Part shown: in pieces, positions 9,847-19,824 of the stretch
Numbering within the stretch: the stretch's first letter is position 1
How the letters are laid out: every line of letters begins with the position of its first letter
Source: Acidobacteriota bacterium
GTDB lineage: Bacteria; Acidobacteriota; UBA890; WLXD01
DNA: 64,000 nucleotides
NCBI GenBank assembly: GCA_963666055.2
Contig: CAXWPH010000015.1
Location: 384,001 to 448,000, forward strand
Direction of reading: 5' to 3'
Notes under the pieces: generated by a model
What the model was told of the DNA's origin: nothing
The model's database searches: none
Seen by the model: only the letters and a program-made list of their open reading frames with translations
Position numbers and translations under genes: made by a program

Positions 9847-11811
9847 GTGACCGACCGCGACCTCGGAATGCTCCGCGACATCACCCGACGGGATTTCGTC
9901 AGCGGTGTCAGCGTTGCCATCGGCGGTGCGCTGGCGCTGCCAGCCAGACTACGCGCCGCTGGCATGACGCAGGCCTACGCGCCCGAGAAGGCGGCAGGCT
10001 ACTACCCGCCGGCCCGCACCGGCATGCGCGGCTCGCATCCTGGCTCGTTCGAAGCGGCGCACGCCGCCCGCGACGGGATGAGGTTTGATGGAGCCGAAGA
10101 CACCGGCGAGACCTACGACCTGATCGTCGTCGGTGCCGGCCTCAGTGGTCTGGCTGCAGCGTACTTCTTCCGCAAGGCGACGAGCCCCGACGCCCGCATC
10201 CTGATCCTCGAGAACCACGACGACTTCGGGGGCCACGCCAAGCGCAACGAGTTCGAGCACGATGGCGACGTGCTGCTCGCCACCGGCGGTACCGTCTTCA
10301 TGGTGCAACCGGAGCGCTACCCGCAACCGGCGCGCGAGATGCTCGAGGACATCGGCGTCGAGCTGGATCATCCGACCAACAACGTTCATCGAGGGATGTT
10401 CAGGGCATCGGGGCTGGAGCCGGCCGTTTTCTTTCACGAGGAGAGCTTCGGGAAAGACGTCCTGGTCAGCGGCAGCGTCAGACGGCCCAGCGAGGAGTTC
10501 CTCGCCAAGACGCCGCTCTCCGAGTCGGTTCGTCGGGACTTGCTGCGGCTCTGGAACGACCAGCGCGACTACCTGCCGGGGTTGTCGAGGGCGGAGAAGG
10601 TCGAGCGGCTGCAGCGCACTAGCTATCGCGACTACCTGCTCGATCTGGTCAAAGTAGATCCGGACGTGCTGCCGCTGGTGGGTGGAGTCTGGTGTCTGGG
10701 GGCCGATACCTCGAGCGCCTGGTTCGCCCTCTATCGTGGCCTGCCGGGTTTCGCAGGACTGGGGATCCCGATTCCGGCGGAGTCGCCGGCGCTCTCCGAG
10801 AACGTCAAGACGGATGTCTACTTCCCCGCCGGTAACTCCGACATCGCGCGGATGATCGTGCGTTCGCTGATCCCGGCGGCCCTGCCGGCCGGGTCGATGG
10901 CGGACGTCGAGTTGCGGCGAACCGATTACTCGAGGCTCGATGAGCCGCGATCGCCGGTGCGCCTGCGGCTCAACAGCGCCGCCGTAGGGGTACGCCATAT
11001 CGGCGACCCACGGGAGGTTCTGAGCTCGGACCCCCGCGAGACGGAGGTCACCTACGTCCGCGGCGGCAAGGCCTACCGGGCGCGAGGCAAGGGCTGTGTG
11101 CTGGCCTGCTACCACACCATGATCCCGCACCTGTGCCCGGAGCTTCCGAACAAGCAGAAAGACGCGCTGAGCCTCGCTGCACGGGCCGTCCAGATGTACA
11201 CCAACGTCCTGGTGCGCGACTGGCGGGCGTTCGAGGAGCTCGGAGTGTCGACCATCTCGTGTCCGGGCTCGTTCTACAGCGCCATCCGTCCCCGCGCACC
11301 ACACACGCTGGGGACCTACGATCCACCACGCTCGCCGGCGGACCCGATCATCGTCTCGCTGAGCGATGCTGGAGGAGTGCTCTCCTGGGAGCCGATGGTT
11401 CGCGGCCTACGCGGCGGAGAACCGATTCCACCGGGCACCCCGGTTCGCGATCAGATGCGAGCGGTGCGACAGGCGCTCCTGGAAAACTCGTTCGAGGACT
11501 TCGAACGGCGCATTCGCGAGCAGATGGCGCGGGTGCTATCGCCGGCGGGCTTCGACCCGGCGCGCGATATCGAGGCCATCATGGTCAACCGCTGGCCGCA
11601 CGGCTACGCCCTGGCGACCAACACGCTCTTCGATCCGGAATGGGCTCCCGGCGAGGAGCCCTGGCTCGTCGCCAGTCAGCCGTTCGGGCGGATCACGATC
11701 GCCAACACGGATGCCTCGGGAATCGACCTCACCCAGACCGCCTTCGACGAGGCACACCGTGCAGTCGGGGAGCTCATGCAGATGCGCCACGGCTGGTTCC
11801 CGCGCATCTGA
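9847..11811 (+). CDS. Spermidine dehydrogenase (SpdH)-like FAD oxidoreductase with Tat signal
   Basis: ITRRDFVSG, YYPPARTGMRGSHPGSFE, VVGAGLSGLAAA, DFGGHAKRNEF, VNRWPHGYA. Confidence 0.85.
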   Translation: MTDRDLGMLRDITRRDFVSGVSVAIGGALALPARLRAAGMTQAYAPEKAAGYYPPARTGMRGSHPGSFEAAHAARDGMRFDGAEDTGETYDLIVVGAGLSGLAAAYFFRKATSPDARILILENHDDFGGHAKRNEFEHDGDVLLATGGTVFMVQPERYPQPAREMLEDIGVELDHPTNNVHRGMFRASGLEPAVFFHEESFGKDVLVSGSVRRPSEEFLAKTPLSESVRRDLLRLWNDQRDYLPGLSRAEKVERLQRTSYRDYLLDLVKVDPDVLPLVGGVWCLGADTSSAWFALYRGLPGFAGLGIPIPAESPALSENVKTDVYFPAGNSDIARMIVRSLIPAALPAGSMADVELRRTDYSRLDEPRSPVRLRLNSAAVGVRHIGDPREVLSSDPRETEVTYVRGGKAYRARGKGCVLACYHTMIPHLCPELPNKQKDALSLAARAVQMYTNVLVRDWRAFEELGVSTISCPGSFYSAIRPRAPHTLGTYDPPRSPADPIIVSLSDAGGVLSWEPMVRGLRGGEPIPPGTPVRDQMRAVRQALLENSFEDFERRIREQMARVLSPAGFDPARDIEAIMVNRWPHGYALATNTLFDPEWAPGEEPWLVASQPFGRITIANTDASGIDLTQTAFDEAHRAVGELMQMRHGWFPRI

Positions 11812-11928
11812 GTCCCCGCGTCGGCAACAACTAGTGGCCTGTAGCGAGGGATCATCGGTCTCGGGTCAGACGTCCGATGATCCTGTCGGTCGGCCCGCGC
11901 GCTCACGCTGCCTCCCAGACTCCGTGTA

Positions 11929-12399
11929 TTACTGCTTGTCGAAGTGGAGATCCTGCAGGATCGAGCCGTCCGCCCTGTACCACATCACACGCATCGATCT
12001 GCCGTCCTCCGAGACCTGTCGCAAGAACATGCCGGAGAAGGTCCCATCGCCGCGCTTGCCGAGACGCAGCTCGCTGCGTTCGTCCATGCGGATCATCCTC
12101 ACGAGCCCGCTCGATTCCTCGCCCGTGTCGAGACTCTTGCCCCGGTACCACTCGCCGTCGTCGAAGGTTGCCGTATAGGTGCTTCGCGAGCGCCGGCCGT
12201 TCGCTGTGATGTCGTTGATGCCCGTCTCGGCGTTGTTCTCATGCTTGAGCGTGATCACCTCCAGCTCCGGAAGCGGGGAGCCGTTGGTAATGGACTTCGA
12301 TTGATCGAGCTTCCAGACCCCGTTAAAGGGATCGGTCTGGGCATGTGCAGTCCCGACCAGCAAGAGAGACAGCGCCAGCGCTGCGATCGACGTCTTCAT
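11929..12399 (-). CDS. Secreted hypothetical protein (lipocalin-like beta-barrel)
   Basis: Signal peptide MKTSIAALALSLLLVGTAHA, then DPFNGVWKLDQSKS; GGGAGA RBS. Confidence 0.65.
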   Translation of the reverse strand: MKTSIAALALSLLLVGTAHAQTDPFNGVWKLDQSKSITNGSPLPELEVITLKHENNAETGINDITANGRRSRSTYTATFDDGEWYRGKSLDTGEESSGLVRMIRMDERSELRLGKRGDGTFSGMFLRQVSEDGRSMRVMWYRADGSILQDLHFDKQ

Positions 12400-12478
12400 G
12401 GTTTTCTCCCTGTTTGTGAGTAAAGCAAGCCCGAGTCGTTGCTTGCCGTGCCGCCATCGTCGACGCCAGCTCCGGCGA

Positions 12479-13204
12479 TCAACGCTTGTTCCAGATGTCG
12501 ATGACCTCGGTATGCCCCACCAGCGTAGCGTTGTCACCGATGTACAGCATCGCGTCCTCGGCGCGAGCCGGATCCGTCGGCACGATGGCGTCCTTGATGG
12601 CAACCGTGCGGTAGCCGAGGCTGCGGGCGGTCTGCATCGTCGGCACCACGCCGACCTCGGCGCCTACCCCGACGATGACGATGGTGGTGATTCGATTCCA
12701 CCGCAGCAACGCATCGAGTGCAGTGGCAATGAACGCGTCCGGCCGGTACTTCCTGAGCACCCAGTCATTGACCTCTGGCGCTATCTCCTCTGGGTTTTCC
12801 CAACCCCAGGTGCCCTCGTGGGTCGAGATCGTCGACGGTGGTCCAGTGTTGCTGGGCCTGTCGCCCGGTCGCCCATAGGTCGACCCGTCCGGATAGGAGG
12901 TCCAGCGAACATAGGCAACCCGTACGTTGTTTGCTCGCGCCGCAGCCAGCAGCTCGACCATCGGGTCCATGATGCCGGTGACGTCGATGCGGCGCCCGCT
13001 GATGTCGAACGTTCCGCCCTCCGAGACGAAGGCGTTGAGCACTTCGTGGACGAGAAGAACCGTGTGTTCTGGACGCAGCAGCTCTTCGAGCTCCGGACCC
13101 GACGGTGCTTGAACGCTCCCTCGCGCTCCCGCCGCCGGCATGTAGCCGAGCACGACGACCAGCAGGGCAAGGGTCGTTATCCGGATTCCTGGCCTGCGTC
13201 TCAT
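12479..13204 (-). CDS. Isochorismatase/cysteine hydrolase family protein with signal peptide
   Basis: LRPEHTVLLV, GTWGWE, KYRPDAFIATALD, VGVGAEVGV; AGGAGG RBS before ATG 13204. Confidence 0.8.
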   Translation of the reverse strand: MRRRPGIRITTLALLVVVLGYMPAAGARGSVQAPSGPELEELLRPEHTVLLVHEVLNAFVSEGGTFDISGRRIDVTGIMDPMVELLAAARANNVRVAYVRWTSYPDGSTYGRPGDRPSNTGPPSTISTHEGTWGWENPEEIAPEVNDWVLRKYRPDAFIATALDALLRWNRITTIVIVGVGAEVGVVPTMQTARSLGYRTVAIKDAIVPTDPARAEDAMLYIGDNATLVGHTEVIDIWNKR

Positions 13205-13439
13205 GTTTCCTCCTTCATCCAAAGTGCCGGAAGTCATCGCCAGACAGCTCACGCTGGAGCCGATCAACACCCTGTACAACTTCGAGACGCGAATCGCCGG
13301 TAGGGGCGCGATCCATGAACCCCGAATCAGCAAGATCAGCGGGTCTCGTGATCATTCGTGCGGTAAGGCAATCGCTAAGCGTACAATCCAACCGCGCGAT
13401 AGGACACCAACACGTCGCGCAGCAGCGCGGCAGGGCTCC

Positions 13440-14994
13440 ATGTACAGATCAGTGGCTCGACGTGAATTGGGTGCGATTGGCAAGTTCGCGGTGACGGCGA
13501 CCATCGTGGCCGTCACGGTGTCAGGAGCGGCGTGCTCGGGAGAGGCCGATTCCCGGCCACCGGAGGGTGCCTCGACGACGCTGGACGGCCTGCAGGATTC
13601 GTTGCTGCGATGGCCGCTGCCGTCCGGCGCTGAGGCGTACGCGGACATCGACGGCCGGCGCCTGCATCAGTACGTCGTCGACCAGGCGGAGATATCGCGG
13701 CGGTATCGAGATCAGGGGCATCCGCAGTTCTGGGGCCGGATCACCGGCACCTCCGCCGATGCGGACAGCGCCGAGTGGCTAGCCGCCAAGTTCCGCGACA
13801 TCGGCCTCTCGGAGGTGCGCATCCAACCGCTCGAGCTCGAGCCGCAGTGGATGGCGCAGTCGTGGGAGGTGTCGGTCACGGCCGGCGGCGAAACCTTCCC
13901 GCTGGAGTCCGCCCAGCCGGCTTATCGCACGTCGGCGACACCCCCCGACGGCCTCCGACTCGACGCCGTGTATGTGGGGCTCGGCAGCGAAGCCGACTTC
14001 GCCGGGCGCGACGTCCGTGGCAAGGCCGCGTTCGCCTTCGGCATGCTTGGGGGTGCGGACGGAGCGCGCACTGGCGCGAGCCGATGCTAGCGGCGCCGCC
14101 GCCATCTTCGATGTTCGGATGTTGCCGGGGAACATACGCTACCAGGCCTACCCGGCGCGAACCAACGTCCCAACATTTACTCTCGGAGGCGACGACGGCT
14201 ATGCGGTCCGCGACCTGATCGCCGTGGCGGCGGCGGGCGAAGCACCGCGGATGAGGGTGGAGCTCGAGGTCGAGATGGTCCCGGATCTCGAGACCGCGCT
14301 CGTCTGGGGCACGCTCCCGGGCGCCACCGACGAGACGATCTACATCATGGCGCACCGCGACGGCTGGTTCGACGCCGCCGGTGACAACGCCTCCGGCGTC
14401 GCCTCGATGATCGGGCTAGCGGAGCACTACGCGCTGATCCCGCCGACCGAGCGGCGTCGCACGATGGTCTTTCTCGGCCTGGATGGACATCACAACTCGG
14501 GACCGGGCTCTGCGGCGGGCGGATTCTGGTTGATGGACCACCGGGAGGAGCTCTTCGCGAAGACCGCCTTGGTGATCAACTGCGAGCATCCGTCGACGGT
14601 GCAGACCACGGTCAGGCCGCGATACCTGGGGAAGGACGAGATCACCTGGTCGAATGCGTACATGCCCCAGCAGTGGTACGTAGGCGGCCCCTCGAGACCT
14701 CAGCTCGGGGCGATCGCCGTCAGCGCCTTCCGAGAGTTCGGGGTCAGCACGTATCTCGAGCCGAATGCCGAGCCGCCGGCCGGGGATCTCGGCTGGCGTG
14801 GCGGACCGGAGCTGTGGCGCTTCGTGCCGGGCATCGCGACAAGCGAGTTCTACCACTACTTCCACACCGACCGGGAGACGCCGGAGACCGTCTTGTGGAC
14901 CGGTCTCGAGGCGTCGACGCGAGCCTACGCGCGCATCGTCGACGAGGTGAACAAGCTCGAGCTGAGCGACTTGCAGCGGCCAGAGGAACCGTAG
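13440..14994 (+). CDS. M28 family peptidase (PA domain), lipoprotein; frameshift in the G-run at ~14049-14053
   Basis: ORFs 13203-14090 and 13972-14994 join into a close paralogue of 51391-52929; AHRDGWFDAAGDNASG. Confidence 0.8.
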
Positions 14995-15127
14995 GCGGCA
15001 GGGGTTGACTGTATTGCACGCGCTGTTCTTAACTGCCGTTCCGCCTTCTCGGGACGTCCGCGCCGTACGGTCAGCTGCAACGACAAGATCCTGCACCGAC
15101 ACCGGCGCATCGAGTGGAGAACGCACC

Positions 15128-17089
15128 ATGAGATGGAGCCAGCTGGCCGCGCGCTCCAACACCGACGTCGCCGCTCCGCAGGCGAGGGCGGAGATCGTCG
15201 CGCTGCTGGTCGAGCATGGGGGTGGCACCGAGGGCGAGGCACTCGTTGACCTCATCCGGACGGGCTACCTCGATGCGGTGCGGACGATCGTCGGGCGAGG
15301 CAGCGCCAACCCATCGTATCTGAACGCGGCGCTCGGCGCGGCACGCAGCAACCAGCATACTGAGCTGGCAGCGTTCCTCGTCGCAGCGGGCGCGCAAGAG
15401 CCGACAGCGGTGGATCGCGTCTACACAGCAGAGCGACTGGAGCGACTCGAGGGCGTCTATCGGGCTCAGAGCGGGGAGACGGTGGCGCTCCGGAGGGGCT
15501 CCGAGGACGGCGAGCTCGTCCTCGAACGGACCGATCGTGGCGACATGACGCTCGTGCCGGCCAATCTGACCATCTTGCGATCTCTCGACCGAACGGCGGT
15601 TGTCGAGCTGCGCGGAGGAGCCCTGCCAGCGTCCGAGTTGGTGTTGTCCGAAGGAGATCAGTCCGAGGTATTCCTATGGACCGCCCCGGTCGACGAACGG
15701 CCGAAAGCCGCCCCGGTCAACGACCGTGCCATGAATCGGCCCGGCGCGCCCCCGCCAGTGTCCGGCGCCCGGGAGTGGTCTTCGTTCCGCGGTCCCGGCG
15801 GTTCGGGCGTCGCCGATGGGACCGACCTGCCAACCGAGTGGGACGTGGAGCGGGGGGTCAACGTTGTCTGGAAGACGCCGATTCCGGGGCTCGGTCATTC
15901 GAGCCCGATTATCTGGGGCAACCGAGTGTTCATCACGACCGCCGTCCCGAGCGCGGATGCGGTTGCGACCTTCCGGAACTTCTCGGAGGTCGTACGCTCC
16001 GGGGTCCTCGCGTACGTCAAGGAGGACGTGCGGTATTCGTGGCGGGTGATCGCGCTCGACAAGAATAACGGTGAGCTGCTCTGGGAGCGGGTGGCGCGCG
16101 AAGCGGTGCCACGCACGGCACGTCACGTCATGGCCTCGCATGCCAACCAGACGCCGGCCACGGACGGTACGCACGTTGTGGCGTGGTTCGGGTCCGAAGG
16201 CGTCTACTGTTATGACGTCGATGGCAACCTGCTGTGGTCCAAGGACCTCGGCCCGCTCCCATCGGGTCGCTACTTCGATCCGGGATACCAGTGGAACACC
16301 GCGAGCTCGCCCATCATCTACAAGAATCTGGTGATCCTCCAGGCGGACGGGATCGACGAGGCGTATCTCTTGGCGCTCGATATCACGACGGGCGAGGTGG
16401 TCTGGCGTACCGAACGTGATGAACACCCGTCCTGGCCAACGCCCTTCATCTACGAAGGCGCCACACGCATCGAGCTGGTCACCGCCGCCATCAGATTCGC
16501 GCGCGGCTACGACCCCGACACGGGCCAAGAGCTCTGGAGGCTCGGCCTGCACGGCGACTTTCCGACACCCACACCGATTGCCGGCCGTGGGCTGATCTTC
16601 ATCATGAGTGGGTACGGCACGGTCGAGCCCATCTACGCTATCCGTCCCGGCGCCAACGGCGACATCACGCTGGCTGACAACGAAACCTTCAATGACTCGG
16701 TCGCCTGGAGCAAACGGCGGGGGGGGCGGGGGGGGGGGGGGGGGGGGGCGGTCATCCCAACGCCGATCGTCTATGGAGACCTGCTGTATGTCTGCCGGGC
16801 CGGCGGTATCCTGGCCGCCTATCAGGTGGAGACCGGAGAGCGTGTTTATCAGGCGCGGATCACCCGGGGCGGCAACTACTCGGCGTCCCCCGTGGCGGCT
16901 GACGGCAAGATCTATTTCGCCAACGAGGACGGAGAAGTGATCGTCGTCAAGGCCGGTCCGAAGTTCGAACGCCTGGCGGTCAATCAGATGGGCGAGCCGC
17001 TCATGGCAACCCCGGCGATTGCCCATGGGATGATCATCTTCCGCATGCAGGAGCACGTCGTCGCGATCGCCCTGGGCTCAGCTGAGTAG
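15128..17089 (+). CDS. PQQ-like beta-propeller repeat protein with ankyrin-like N-terminal remnant
   Basis: WSSFRGPGGSG, WKTPIPGLGHSSPIIWG, YSASPVAADGKIY, MATPAI; start position uncertain. Confidence 0.8.
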   Translation: MRWSQLAARSNTDVAAPQARAEIVALLVEHGGGTEGEALVDLIRTGYLDAVRTIVGRGSANPSYLNAALGAARSNQHTELAAFLVAAGAQEPTAVDRVYTAERLERLEGVYRAQSGETVALRRGSEDGELVLERTDRGDMTLVPANLTILRSLDRTAVVELRGGALPASELVLSEGDQSEVFLWTAPVDERPKAAPVNDRAMNRPGAPPPVSGAREWSSFRGPGGSGVADGTDLPTEWDVERGVNVVWKTPIPGLGHSSPIIWGNRVFITTAVPSADAVATFRNFSEVVRSGVLAYVKEDVRYSWRVIALDKNNGELLWERVAREAVPRTARHVMASHANQTPATDGTHVVAWFGSEGVYCYDVDGNLLWSKDLGPLPSGRYFDPGYQWNTASSPIIYKNLVILQADGIDEAYLLALDITTGEVVWRTERDEHPSWPTPFIYEGATRIELVTAAIRFARGYDPDTGQELWRLGLHGDFPTPTPIAGRGLIFIMSGYGTVEPIYAIRPGANGDITLADNETFNDSVAWSKRRGGRGGGGGGAVIPTPIVYGDLLYVCRAGGILAAYQVETGERVYQARITRGGNYSASPVAADGKIYFANEDGEVIVVKAGPKFERLAVNQMGEPLMATPAIAHGMIIFRMQEHVVAIALGSAE

Positions 17090-19498
17090 GCGTTCACTAT
17101 TGGGGTCGTAAAGCGGCTGCTCGACGACCTGTGCGGAACGGCGCTCGCCGAGGATGCCTACCTCCAACTCGGTGCCAGGCTCGATGTAAGCGATCGGCAA
17201 GTAGGCGAAGCCGATCGACTTCTGAACGCTATGGCCATAGCCGCCCGACGCGATGTAGGCGATCGGTTTTCCGTCTGCGTAGATCGGCTCAAAGCCACGT
17301 GCATCCGCGTCATCGGCGTCGATGACGAGACCGGCGAGCTGGCGATCAACGCCTTTCTTCTTCTGCTCGAGGAGCGCGTCGCGGCCGATGAAATCGCCCT
17401 TCTCGAAATCGACGAAACGCTCCATTCCAGCCTGCAGCGGTGTCCAGTCCGCCGACATATCCGCTCCCCAGAGCCGGTACGCCTTCTCGAGCCGCATCGA
17501 CTCGAGCGCCCGATATCCCCAATCGACGATCCCGTACTGTGCACCCTCCTTCATCAACAGATCGTAGAGGTAACGCTGATATTCCATGGGTGTGTGCAGC
17601 TCGTAGCCGAGCTCACCGACGAATGAGACTCGCAACACCCTTACCGGCACTTTGTCGACGTGCAACTGCTTGCAACGGAAGAACCGGAACGCCTGATTGG
17701 AAATGTCGGTGTTGGTGAGCGGTTGGATGAGATCGCGTGACCGGGGTCCCGCCACCGTCAGGGTTGTAATGCTGCTGGTCGTGTTCACCAGGCTTACGCT
17801 GCCGTCGTCGGGCAGGTGGCGCTCGATCCACGCATGGTCGTGGAGCTCTGTCGCGGCGGCTGAGACGACATAGTAGTGACCCTCGGCGAGCCTGGTCACT
17901 GTTACATCGCATTCGATACCACCTTTCGGAGTGCACATCTGCGTCAGCGCGATGCGGCCGTCGCTCTTTGGAAGCCTGTTGGCGCAGAGGCGGTCGAGGA
18001 AGCTCTCGGCGCCTGGTCCCGAGACCTCGTACTTCGCAAAGCTCGACTGGTCGAGTACGCCGACGGTCGATCGAACCGCAGCGCACTCCTTGCCTACCGC
18101 ATCGTGCCAGTTTCCACGACGAAACGAATACTCGTCGCGCCTCGGTCCGTCCGGGTCAAACCACAGCGGACGCTCCCACCCGAATCGGGCGCCGAAGACG
18201 GCTCCCTTGGCGAGCAGTCGATCGTAGAGTGGATCCGTCTTCAAAGGCCGGCCAGCCGGGAGCTCCTCTTCGGGATAGTGAATCGCGTATTCGCGCCGAT
18301 AGACCTCGAGCGCACGTTCCGAGATGTAGCTGGAGGAGGCCGCGTAGTCATCGAACCGCCGCACGTCGAGCTCCCACATGTTGTCGCTCGGCTGTCCATC
18401 GACGATCCACTCCGCGGCGTATTTCCCAGCGCCACCACCAAAAACGATGCCGAAGATGCTGAAGCCCGCCAGGACGTGAAAGTTCGGCAGGCCCGGTACC
18501 GGACCCATGAGGCAGTGACCATCCGGCGTGTAACCGTCGGGTCCGTTGACGATGGTCTCGATCGGTGCATCAGCGAATATGGAAATGCGTTCGGCGCAGC
18601 CGAGGAGAGACTCTTCGAGGCGATCGGGCGCTGGCCTGAGCAGACAGCTGTGAAAATCGTCTGGGATTCCGTCGCCCCCCCATGTCACGGTGTCGTGCTC
18701 GAAGGGGCCGACGAGCAGAGCGCCCTCCTCCTCTCGAACGTAGAACGATGAATCGGGATCCCTCAGTACGGGCAACTCGCTGGTGAGGGCCTGCACCTCT
18801 TTCAGTGCCGTGGTGACGAGGTAATGGTGCTCGAGGGAAACAATCGGCAGGTCCAGTCCGACGAGGCGACCGATCTGTCTCGCCCATTGGCCCGCCGCAT
18901 TAACGATCACATCGGTACGGATCTCGCCCTTCGTCGTCTTCACGAGCCAACCATCACCATCTCGCTCGATCGCCGTTACCCCCGCGTGCCGGTGGATTTC
19001 GGCCCCCTCTGCCGTTGCTCCGCTGGCCAGCGCCCGGGTGACGCCAGAGGGATCCACGTGGCCATCGGTCGGAATGTGAGCGATGGCAAGCGCATCGTCG
19101 AAGTTCGCAAGCGGGAAGAGCTCGTGAGCTTGCGCGGGAGTGATGATGTTGAACGGAATACCGAGTGTCTCGGCGATGCCCTTACGGTTGTTGAACTCGT
19201 CGAGACGATCCTCTGTCGTGCCGATCCGGAGGCTGCCGCACTGATGGAAGTCGACCGCCTGTCCGGTTTCGGCCTCGAGCCGCTTGTACAGATCGATGCT
19301 GTACTGGAGGAGTTTCATCAAGTTCCAGCTCGAGATCATCTGCGTGCACAGACCCGCTGCGTGCCACGTCGAGCCGCTCGTCAGCTCGTCCTTTTCGACC
19401 AGGACAACGTTCTTCCATCCCAGCTTCGTCAGGTGATAGAGAACACTGCAGCCTGCTATCCCTCCTCCGATGACCACCGCTTGCGCTTCGTTTCGCAC
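17078..19498 (-). CDS. Dimethylglycine/sarcosine dehydrogenase-like GcvT family FAD oxidoreductase
   Basis: VIGGGIAGCS, LTSGSTWHAAG, NGPDGYTPDG, SFVGELGYELH, GcvT C-terminal domain. Confidence 0.9.
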   Translation of the reverse strand: MRNEAQAVVIGGGIAGCSVLYHLTKLGWKNVVLVEKDELTSGSTWHAAGLCTQMISSWNLMKLLQYSIDLYKRLEAETGQAVDFHQCGSLRIGTTEDRLDEFNNRKGIAETLGIPFNIITPAQAHELFPLANFDDALAIAHIPTDGHVDPSGVTRALASGATAEGAEIHRHAGVTAIERDGDGWLVKTTKGEIRTDVIVNAAGQWARQIGRLVGLDLPIVSLEHHYLVTTALKEVQALTSELPVLRDPDSSFYVREEEGALLVGPFEHDTVTWGGDGIPDDFHSCLLRPAPDRLEESLLGCAERISIFADAPIETIVNGPDGYTPDGHCLMGPVPGLPNFHVLAGFSIFGIVFGGGAGKYAAEWIVDGQPSDNMWELDVRRFDDYAASSSYISERALEVYRREYAIHYPEEELPAGRPLKTDPLYDRLLAKGAVFGARFGWERPLWFDPDGPRRDEYSFRRGNWHDAVGKECAAVRSTVGVLDQSSFAKYEVSGPGAESFLDRLCANRLPKSDGRIALTQMCTPKGGIECDVTVTRLAEGHYYVVSAAATELHDHAWIERHLPDDGSVSLVNTTSSITTLTVAGPRSRDLIQPLTNTDISNQAFRFFRCKQLHVDKVPVRVLRVSFVGELGYELHTPMEYQRYLYDLLMKEGAQYGIVDWGYRALESMRLEKAYRLWGADMSADWTPLQAGMERFVDFEKGDFIGRDALLEQKKKGVDRQLAGLVIDADDADARGFEPIYADGKPIAYIASGGYGHSVQKSIGFAYLPIAYIEPGTELEVGILGERRSAQVVEQPLYDPNSERLLS

Positions 19499-19524
19499 CT
19501 TCCTCTTCCTCTCTCGGGTAACTG

Positions 19525-19803
19525 CTAGCAGGCCGTGGTGAAAGTGTGGTGGGTCTGGTTACGGCGAGTTGGGGCCAGATGCAAGGCGGCCTGACACAGG
19601 CGATGCCCTAGCCATCGTCGAGGAAGGCCAACGCTGCAGATGGCCCCAAATCGCCGTAACCCTTCGGGCGACAGGGGGTTGCGCGCGCATGCTGCGTCGT
19701 TCCTCGTCAACGATGGGGTATCCATCGCCTCCTCCTCTCTCCTTGCCTCCACTTCGCAAGACCCTGTCGCCAGACCCACCACACTTTCACCACGGCCTGC
19801 TAG
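19525..19803. mobile_element. 279-bp MITE-like element, copy 1
   Basis: Perfect 34-bp TIR CTAGCAGGCCGTGGTGAAAGTGTGGTGGGTCTGG (CTAG included); near-identical copies at 45323 and 49494. Confidence 0.9.
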
Positions 19804-19824
19804 GTCCCGAAGCGTGCCTCTACA

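Noticed and set aside
14049-14053. Frameshift in the M28 peptidase as programmed or phase-variable
   Set aside because: It is one extra G in a G5 run, and the paralogue at 51391 is contiguous; most likely a sequencing error.
19525-19782. 85-aa ORF (MVGLATGSC...) open in all three MITE copies, with GGAGG before an internal ATG
   Set aside because: Recent GC-rich palindromic copies keep frames open by chance, differences include many non-synonymous changes, and no protein motif is recognisable; not called as a gene.
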